The notes beneath the pieces were generated by a model, which did no database searches, was not told where the DNA came from, and worked only from the letters and a program-made list of their open reading frames with translations. The position numbers and the translations under genes are program-made. This document shows positions 57,452 to 64,000 of a stretch of 64,000 bases of DNA, piece after piece. Where the stretch lies: positions 7,238 through 71,237 of IMG/VR virus record IMGVR_UViG_3300028601_000032; one strand, given 5' to 3'. How positions within the stretch are numbered: the stretch's first letter is position 1; each line of letters opens with the position of its first letter. Source of the DNA: a virus.

Positions 57452-57844
57452 TTACCCCCTCCTACACTGATACCCTTGAATGAATCCTGCGTGATACGAG
57501 GGGCTTGAATATGCATAGGACGGATTAGCTGCCGCGTATGATTTTAGATATTCATCCCTTAGTTCTTCATGCTGTTTGATTTCTTCAATTATCCCGGTGA
57601 AACTGATCTCAAATTCTGGTGTTTTGTTTGACGAGAGTTCGCCGATAGCTCTTGCTCGTTTTAGTGTGATGGCTGCTGCCGCGTGTATTGCTGCTATTTT
57701 GAGATAAGGGTGTGTTTCATCGGTAGTATTGGCCTTTATGAGTATTTCTGTAGTGACGACTGATATTATACTTGTTATATCTGCATCTGATATTTTATTA
57801 GGGTCCGCATGTGCCCGGACATCCGCTACACTACATAAAGCCAT
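57452..57844 (-). CDS. Head-tail connector/adaptor (start corrected to ATG 57844)
   Basis: MALCSVADVR start typical of adaptors; the longer track start lies inside the IS end. Confidence 0.65.
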   Translation of the reverse strand: MALCSVADVRAHADPNKISDADITSIISVVTTEILIKANTTDETHPYLKIAAIHAAAAITLKRARAIGELSSNKTPEFEISFTGIIEEIKQHEELRDEYLKSYAAANPSYAYSSPSYHAGFIQGYQCRRG

Positions 57845-57911
57845 CAAAAAGAAAGAGGACCTTTTCAGATATAAACAAAAATCCGAATAAACACCACTAT
57901 CAAAAACATCT

Positions 57912-59145
57912 GTGACTACTCCCCTCATTTCAATGAGGGGCATCTTCCGATTTTACGGTCAGATTGTAATCCCAATCTGAGAATATTAATAGAAGCATTA
58001 AGATCGCGGTCAATAGACAGACCACAGAAATGACAATTATGAGTTCTTTCTGATAGGTCTTTTTCTACCAACATCCCACAATTTGAACACATCTTTGAAG
58101 TATTCTTAGGGTTAACAAGTATTACTTTTCTACCAGCATTTTCAGCTTTGTAGGAAGTATAAGTTACAAGTTTACTCCAAGCGGCATCAAGGATGTGCTT
58201 TGCCAGATTGTGATTTTTTGTCATGTTCTTAATGTTAAGATCTTCAAAACAGATTATACCGTAATTATCAATGAGACTTTTACTGATTTTTTGGGTAAAG
58301 TCTTCTCTCTTGTTAGCAATCCTTTCATAGACTCTACACAACGTTTTAAGGCATTTTTTTCTTTCAGGAGTACCTTTTTCGGCTTTAGATAGTTTCCTAT
58401 TAGCTCTTGCGAGTGCCTTTTCTTCTTGAATATAGAATCTAGGATTGGGAACATAAGTACCATTTGATAATGTAGCAAAAGTGAGGATTCCAACATCAAT
58501 GCCTACTGACTTATCAGATGGTTCAAGTGGTTGATAAGTTTCAGTATCAGTAAGTATTGATACAAACCATTTACCAGTTGAAGTTCTTCTTATGGTCAAA
58601 CGTTTAATATTACCTTCAAGTGGTCTATGCAATTTGATTTTTATATCCCCTATTTTTGATAGAGTTAACATGTTACCGTTTAAGGTAAATCCAGATTGCA
58701 GGTAAGTAATACTATCATACCAACCTTTACCTTTAAATCTAGGATAACCTGCCTTTTCTCCATTTTTCACTCTACGGAAAAAGGCTTGAAAGGCAAGGTC
58801 TACACGCATAGTTACATCTTGAAGAGTATGAGAATGAACGTTTTTCAGTTCGGGTTTATCTTTCTTCCAGATAGGTATCATTTTCTTAGAATCATAATAA
58901 CTGATTCTTTTCTGTTCTAATTCCCAAGCGTTCTTTCTTAATGCCAGAGTTTCGTTATAAACCCATCTACAAAGTTCCAAAGTAGAATTAAGCTTTGTAA
59001 CTTGTGATTTTGTTGGATAGATTCTATAACGATTTACTTTAGGCATAATACTATACTATGTAATTTTACCTAAATAAAGGTTGTTATGCAGAGGTTGACG
59101 GCTGTATCCCGCCATTAAAATGACGGGGATTAGCCTTAGACGCTC
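57912..59145 (-). mobile_element. Non-autonomous IS200/IS605-family element (tnpB only)
   Basis: Right end gcccctcattgaaatgaggggagtagTCAC ending at 57912; left-end hairpin 59106-59130 (left boundary approximate); visibly more AT-rich than flanks. Confidence 0.8.
57925..59046 (-). CDS. tnpB: RNA-guided endonuclease TnpB
   Basis: YRIYPT HTH start, RuvC GIDVG, FEDL, DRDLNA, Zn finger CSNC..CHFC; D-E-D intact. Confidence 0.96.
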   Translation of the reverse strand: MPKVNRYRIYPTKSQVTKLNSTLELCRWVYNETLALRKNAWELEQKRISYYDSKKMIPIWKKDKPELKNVHSHTLQDVTMRVDLAFQAFFRRVKNGEKAGYPRFKGKGWYDSITYLQSGFTLNGNMLTLSKIGDIKIKLHRPLEGNIKRLTIRRTSTGKWFVSILTDTETYQPLEPSDKSVGIDVGILTFATLSNGTYVPNPRFYIQEEKALARANRKLSKAEKGTPERKKCLKTLCRVYERIANKREDFTQKISKSLIDNYGIICFEDLNIKNMTKNHNLAKHILDAAWSKLVTYTSYKAENAGRKVILVNPKNTSKMCSNCGMLVEKDLSERTHNCHFCGLSIDRDLNASINILRLGLQSDRKIGRCPSLK

Positions 59146-59312
59146 CTAAAAAATAGAGGCAACTCGGTATAACAGTACTCAGAATCATAAATATTAAAAT
59201 ATGTTTCGTAATAAATACAATTTAGGCGATATATAAAAAAGTAATTTATATACATCTTACGCCAACACGTAAGATAAGTTTTACGTTCTGACGTAACATA
59301 ATTATATAATAA

Positions 59313-59885
59313 TCATTTTATGCTTACTAAAACCCTATCTTTTTTATTGATCCACTCAATAGAAACCACATCTGGAAACATCTCTGTACTTTTCGTCATG
59401 ATCTCCGATGCGGTGACTTGAATTCGTTCAGGATTTACCCTAATTCCTTCATCGACTTCCATTAATAGAAAAGATTGAATTTCTTTTGGAGTGATATACT
59501 TCATTTTGAGGAACTGATTTCCATTGAATAGTTTGATTCTTCGCTCGCTCATTGAAAGGAGCTTTTCCACGACGCATCGAATTCGTTGTTCAGTTTCGTT
59601 TCCTGTGATGAGATGGACTTCCTTCTCCTTGAGTCTCTTTGATACGTCCGCACCGTGCACAATGAGAGCATATTCTCTATTTTTCAGGGTCCCTTTTCTC
59701 AAGAATTCCGCTTCAGACAAGTCTTTAAGGTGTTTCTCCTGGCAGTCTTTTGAACAATATACATCTGCCGTTTTCCCATATTTTAGATAATGAAACGTCT
59801 TAAGCTCTCGTTTTTGTTCTACTGTGATGTAAAACACATTGTTACACTCAGGATAAGAACAATTAACAAGTGTTAGGGGCTGCAT
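59313..59885 (-). CDS. Zinc-finger (MYM-like) hypothetical protein
   Basis: CSYPEC..YCSKDC. Confidence 0.6.
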   Translation of the reverse strand: MQPLTLVNCSYPECNNVFYITVEQKRELKTFHYLKYGKTADVYCSKDCQEKHLKDLSEAEFLRKGTLKNREYALIVHGADVSKRLKEKEVHLITGNETEQRIRCVVEKLLSMSERRIKLFNGNQFLKMKYITPKEIQSFLLMEVDEGIRVNPERIQVTASEIMTKSTEMFPDVVSIEWINKKDRVLVSIK

Positions 59886-60102
59886 CTATGACTCCGTTAA
59901 TATATGCTTCCGGGGATAGACAATAAGTTTCATAATCAATTGTAAAAAGTCCGTTGAGTTCCGAGGAATATACCTCGTCAGCCAGGCGGTCAACTGCTTC
60001 GATTAGAAAAGGAATTCTATGTTGATGGCATGTTGGTCTTTCAGGACAGCGATTAGTACAGATCTCACCCATCGAATTAGTTGAATGAGTATGACATAAC
60101 AT
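59863..60102 (-). CDS. Cys/His-rich hypothetical protein
   Basis: ORF overlapping the next gene. Confidence 0.45.
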   Translation of the reverse strand: MLCHTHSTNSMGEICTNRCPERPTCHQHRIPFLIEAVDRLADEVYSSELNGLFTIDYETYCLSPEAYINGVIDAAPNTC

Positions 60103-60159
60103 ATTAAACTAATATTATATCAATGATATAAAAAATTTGTCAAGTATAAGATAATACTC

Positions 60160-60969
60160 TTATACCTGATTAACCACTATCATAATTTTATCAGTATTTG
60201 CCGCGTCCGAATCGGAAGAATCGAAAGACAAAACATGAGTGTTGGGGGCAGCCCCGAATCTTATCGGAAGAGTCTGATATCCTGCATACCGACAGTCCCA
60301 GATTATATAATTTGTGGTCAGGTTTTTAATAAATGTGACCTGTTCGACTGTCAAAGTATCATACGGACTTGAGAAAGTTAGTGTTTTTGCAGATGCATCG
60401 AAAACGTACTTATCGGCAGGGACTATCTTTTCCGCGCCCACTGCTGCAATATTTGAAAGTGCAGTAATTTCTGCCGATGTCGCCAAGTTGGAAATGTCAG
60501 CCTTAAAATTGTCAGGAGTCTCGAGGGCTGTTGCAATCCCGTCTGACACGGTTTTTACCTCTCCTATTTCGACCATTGCGTCTGACACGCTATAGCCTAC
60601 ACCATCAACTTTTAGTTCCAATGCTGAAATTGCACCCGCTCCGGCAAAATAAGCGTCATCGTGAACGGTTTTAAATTCGATCGTCACCGGGGCAATCCCG
60701 TCTTTTGTAATAAATATCAATCCGTATCCATACTGTGTGACATTTGCAACCGGGACAACTAATTTCCATTTTCCGAGAGCCTGCACCCAGGAAATAACAG
60801 GAGACGAAATTGAGGCTGTAGCAACCTTATATTCCTTCACTGCAACCGTCGCCCCTGTCATTAATTCCCCGTCTGATGAGCCTACCAGCCGAACAGCGAA
60901 TTCTCCTGAAACATCAACAGCATCAAAATATACCTCTTGATCGGTTGAATCATTGTAAATTTCTTGCAT
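60160..60969 (-). CDS. Probable virion structural/fibre protein
   Basis: Beta-rich N-terminus, coiled segment, C-terminal YVFDASAKTLTF...IIWD fibre-like module. Confidence 0.45.
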   Translation of the reverse strand: MQEIYNDSTDQEVYFDAVDVSGEFAVRLVGSSDGELMTGATVAVKEYKVATASISSPVISWVQALGKWKLVVPVANVTQYGYGLIFITKDGIAPVTIEFKTVHDDAYFAGAGAISALELKVDGVGYSVSDAMVEIGEVKTVSDGIATALETPDNFKADISNLATSAEITALSNIAAVGAEKIVPADKYVFDASAKTLTFSSPYDTLTVEQVTFIKNLTTNYIIWDCRYAGYQTLPIRFGAAPNTHVLSFDSSDSDAANTDKIMIVVNQV

Positions 60970-63195
60970 TTATACCGCCTCCTCTAACCAGTACGTAATC
61001 TGCCATCTCATGCCCCACCATGCCCAGAATGAGTTCCAGTATGATGTAATAATCGACGGAGATTCGACTGATATGTAGAGTTCTTTCACTTCACTGTCTG
61101 TATTTTCTCCGTTTACAACTGTGAGATTAACAGTGTACGTTCCAGCCGTTGAATATGTGTATTCAGGGTTCTGGGTGCTGTTGTCAACTGTCCCGTCGTT
61201 GTCAAAATCCCAATACCATGACAGTGCATTTTCGGAGAGGTCAGTGAACTGAACAGTAAGCGGAGCAGTACCACTTGTCACATCTGCGGAAAATTCGGCA
61301 ACTGGTAGAGCTTCGGGGTTGTAATCCCAGGTATACGAAACGTCACCGTTTGCGTCTGTTGCTGAGAACGAGACTGTTAGAGGATCGCCTGTGTAGGTAT
61401 CCGTATAAGTTAATCCCGATGTTGCAACCTCAACGCCGTTCTTTTTCCAAGAAACAGAATCAACCGGCTCAGACACCCAAACCTTGTATGTTACCGGATC
61501 CCCGCTTTCAAAAGTATTGTAGTCTGTAGAGGGGGCATAGCCTGTGATATGAGTATTCTCAGAATCGTTGAAAAGTGCTGTAAGTGTATATTCCGATAAA
61601 GAAGTGTACGGGCGATACCATTCAGCCGAAGGAATGATTTTATCGAGAGTTAGAATGTCAGTGCCATTCGAAACTGAGATAATACTCTCAATATTTTTCA
61701 CATCAGTCACCACCCCAGCTGTCTGGGATCTGTGTTTTTCCTGGATTGCAGCAACCTCACTTCGTGCAAATGCTGGGGTTGCCGTGCGTCCTGATGTGAT
61801 GTCAAAAACCGACCTGAAGTTCCCATTGCCATCTCTGCTTGGAAACGCCCCATTACTAACTGTTGCGGTTCCTGTTACAGGCGAGCCATCAGCGTTTTTT
61901 GCTACAAGATCAAGATAGTAATAAAAATTCGAATCGTAATCATATATTGTATTTTGGTAATATAAACCATTATATTTTATATTTAGGAAGTGCGTGTTCG
62001 TTGTGTTTTGGGTCCATATGTCAGCAGTTGACCCATTTGAAATTACTGTATCAAAAACTTTTAAATCTGTTACACCGGGAACAGTGACCCCGGCTACCAC
62101 AGCATTTGATGGCTTTATAGCAAAATCTTTTGAACCATTTATATTTCCACCTATCAGGGTGATGTTTACTGCATCGAATGATCCAAATGCACACCCGTCG
62201 TTGTCAGATGTATAATTTTCTATATATATATCTCTAACGAATCTAGCCACCTGTAGCCCCTTTGATGTCCCCGAATTATATGACGTCAGGTTCTTCATCG
62301 TATAATTATTTACACCGGATAAAAATATATTATTTCCGTCAGAGTGTGGGTTGTCATGGGATGTAATATTGTATATATACGCATTCCCTCCAGAATGGAA
62401 ATCAAAACCATTGTGCCCGGAATAACTTGCAGTCATGTTTTGAAACGTGACGTTCGATGTTGGTATCCCTGGTTCAGCTGTGATTTCAATTGTGGACCAT
62501 GCTGTATCATTCGCATAGACATCATGAGCTATACAATCGTTACAACTCGACATTATAAATCCAAATTTTTCAGATGTTGGCGTCAAGTGAAATCCTTTTG
62601 TGTAGTCGCCTATTTTCTCAACCCGAATGTCATAAACTTCAGTATTATTACACTTTGTAAAAATGACTCCCTGCCCGGTTGAGTTCGTGACAGATATGTT
62701 ATATACATTTATCCAAGTTGAATTATAAAAATATAATCCACCGCTTGTTGTATTTTCGGTAGTGATGTTATATACATCGGTGGATATTTTGTCCAACCTG
62801 AAACGCCCTCCGTCATGAAGATAAACGTCGTGTAGCTCCCCGATGGTACCAATTTCGGAACCACCAACAATTTCAATGTTATTAATGTTGAAATCATGCC
62901 CGTATGGGAGTTTTACGGTCTTAGGCATTATTAATTTTTTACAGACCGTATCGTTAATATGGAAATCTGCACTGCCTGAATATAGATATATTGATGCATT
63001 GAGGTAACAAGTGTCACCATCGAATCTAATAATAGACTCATTATTTATTTGTTCTACGACCCATGCTAAGTCAGCGTCCTGTTGTGCGTAGACGCCTATC
63101 GAATTGTATCCGCCTGAGTAGGTTGCATATCCTGCACTCGCACACCCAATCAACAACCCCCCCAACACTAAAAATAAAATTAATCTGCGAATCAT
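60970..63195 (-). CDS. Secreted beta-helix plus PKD-domain surface protein
   Basis: Signal peptide; PVAEFSADVTSGTAPLTVQFTDLS..WYWDFDNDG..NPEYTY PKD motif; aromatic C-terminal tail. Confidence 0.85.
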   Translation of the reverse strand: MIRRLILFLVLGGLLIGCASAGYATYSGGYNSIGVYAQQDADLAWVVEQINNESIIRFDGDTCYLNASIYLYSGSADFHINDTVCKKLIMPKTVKLPYGHDFNINNIEIVGGSEIGTIGELHDVYLHDGGRFRLDKISTDVYNITTENTTSGGLYFYNSTWINVYNISVTNSTGQGVIFTKCNNTEVYDIRVEKIGDYTKGFHLTPTSEKFGFIMSSCNDCIAHDVYANDTAWSTIEITAEPGIPTSNVTFQNMTASYSGHNGFDFHSGGNAYIYNITSHDNPHSDGNNIFLSGVNNYTMKNLTSYNSGTSKGLQVARFVRDIYIENYTSDNDGCAFGSFDAVNITLIGGNINGSKDFAIKPSNAVVAGVTVPGVTDLKVFDTVISNGSTADIWTQNTTNTHFLNIKYNGLYYQNTIYDYDSNFYYYLDLVAKNADGSPVTGTATVSNGAFPSRDGNGNFRSVFDITSGRTATPAFARSEVAAIQEKHRSQTAGVVTDVKNIESIISVSNGTDILTLDKIIPSAEWYRPYTSLSEYTLTALFNDSENTHITGYAPSTDYNTFESGDPVTYKVWVSEPVDSVSWKKNGVEVATSGLTYTDTYTGDPLTVSFSATDANGDVSYTWDYNPEALPVAEFSADVTSGTAPLTVQFTDLSENALSWYWDFDNDGTVDNSTQNPEYTYSTAGTYTVNLTVVNGENTDSEVKELYISVESPSIITSYWNSFWAWWGMRWQITYWLEEAV

Positions 63196-63587
63196 ATGTC
63201 CTCCGTGAGTGAGACTGTACCCTCGAAATCAATACCTGTGGTCTGATTCAAAGCGGTAACAAGTGACCGGACAATACTTTTGTCTGCCATGTCGTTCGCC
63301 CTTTTCTGAGCCTGAACCTTTGCAACCTCTAAAGCCTGATCCTTGAGGGCTGTAATGAGTGCCGTTCTTTCTGCTGTCGTTGCTGGCAGATTGTAGGGGA
63401 TCTGAACAGGCACAGAGAACTCCTTATACAGTGGGAGAGGTTTCCCGTTTTGTCCGAGAACATCAGTATAAATAATATTGCCCTCTGAATCTTTCATGGG
63501 GTTTCCTCGATCTTCCCAAACTAAGACAATATTACGTCCTTCGTCTGGCATATTTGCGCGAAGTCTTCTCATTTTTATTGTTGCCAT
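63192..63587 (-). CDS. Hypothetical protein
   Basis: Coupled to neighbouring genes. Confidence 0.6.
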   Translation of the reverse strand: MATIKMRRLRANMPDEGRNIVLVWEDRGNPMKDSEGNIIYTDVLGQNGKPLPLYKEFSVPVQIPYNLPATTAERTALITALKDQALEVAKVQAQKRANDMADKSIVRSLVTALNQTTGIDFEGTVSLTEDI

Positions 63588-63588
63588 G

Positions 63589-64000
63589 TTAAATCACCAT
63601 TCCATAAGCTTGTAAAAATTTAGTAAGTGAACCTTCGACGGATGCTTCTAGGCAGTCTGGAATTCCATCAGAATTAGAGTCGGCTGTCAAATTCGCATAG
63701 GTAATTTGTCCGTGATAGATTAGGCCGTTTCCTGGATACAGAGTAACCTCGTGGATTGTCCCGTCGTCGTTTCGTTTGAATGACAGATTTTTAGGGCGAT
63801 GTGTAAAAAGATAAAAATCAATTAGTGAGTCGGTGGGAGAATATAACGCTATCCAGGGTTTTGAGAGGTTTTGCAGTCCGTAGCTGGTGTTTGTTGAGTC
63901 TGCAAAATCAAAAGAGGCTGAATAATTGTTCTCTGCATCAGGAGCATAGGTAAGAATCGTTTTCAGTCGGATTTTATTGAAATTCGTCCTCCCTCCATCA
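63589..64000 (-). CDS. Partial CDS running off the window edge
   Basis: Open frame of at least 136 codons ending ...DSNSDGIPDCLEASVEGSLTKFLQAYGMVI. Confidence 0.7.
   Translation of the reverse strand, partial: DGGRTNFNKIRLKTILTYAPDAENNYSASFDFADSTNTSYGLQNLSKPWIALYSPTDSLIDFYLFTHRPKNLSFKRNDDGTIHEVTLYPGNGLIYHGQITYANLTADSNSDGIPDCLEASVEGSLTKFLQAYGMVI

Larger units (their letters stand above)
1..64000. mobile_element. Archaeal tailed virus or provirus (siphovirus-like), partial genome; probable Methanosarcinaceae host
   Basis: Terminase, portal, head protein, tail tube, tape measure and connector genes, plus archaeal MCM and Methanosarcina-type DNRLRE/PKD/DUF1699 proteins. No sheath gene, host genes or att boundaries seen. 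Confidence 0.9.

Noticed and set aside
57845-57943. N-terminal extension of the head-tail adaptor in the ORF track
   Set aside because: It starts inside the IS right-end hairpin; MALCSVADVR at 57844 is the plausible start.
102-62897. Many 60-155 aa ORFs antisense to or nested in long genes
   Set aside because: Shadow frames with no RBS or motifs; not treated as genes.
47822-63195. Diversity-generating retroelement
   Set aside because: No reverse transcriptase and no adenine-specific TR/VR pair seen.

Overview
The whole window reads as part of one archaeal head-tailed (siphovirus-like) virus or provirus genome; no host housekeeping genes are visible. The host is probably Methanosarcinaceae (inferred from DUF1699, DNRLRE/disaggregatase-type and PKD proteins, and an MCM helicase). 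Core viral modules, nearly all on the minus strand: terminase small and large subunits, portal, Mu-F/SPP1-gp7 head protein, probable protease/scaffold, head-tail connectors, tail tube, tail chaperones with a -1 frameshift, tape measure, a very large distal-tail/depolymerase protein, hub, putative lysis cassette, MCM with an adjacent iteron-like cluster, Bet recombinase, a short tyrosine recombinase and a DNA methyltransferase. The major capsid gene was not found and probably lies just outside the left edge. Two cargo modules stand out. (1) A complete, array-less type IV-B CRISPR-Cas-like operon (csf1-cas11-csf2-csf3-cysH-like) sits between terminase and portal, with its own palindrome-embedded promoter and two unknown upstream genes. 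(2) A minimal type IV secretion/Ced-like operon (VirB2-, VirB6-, VirB3- and VirB4-like) whose ATPase has a C-terminal PD-(D/E)xK-like domain lies downstream of a large membrane-anchored beta-helix protein. A tnpB-only IS200/IS605 element and several informative repeats are also present. All family assignments come from motif recognition by eye; no database searches were run.
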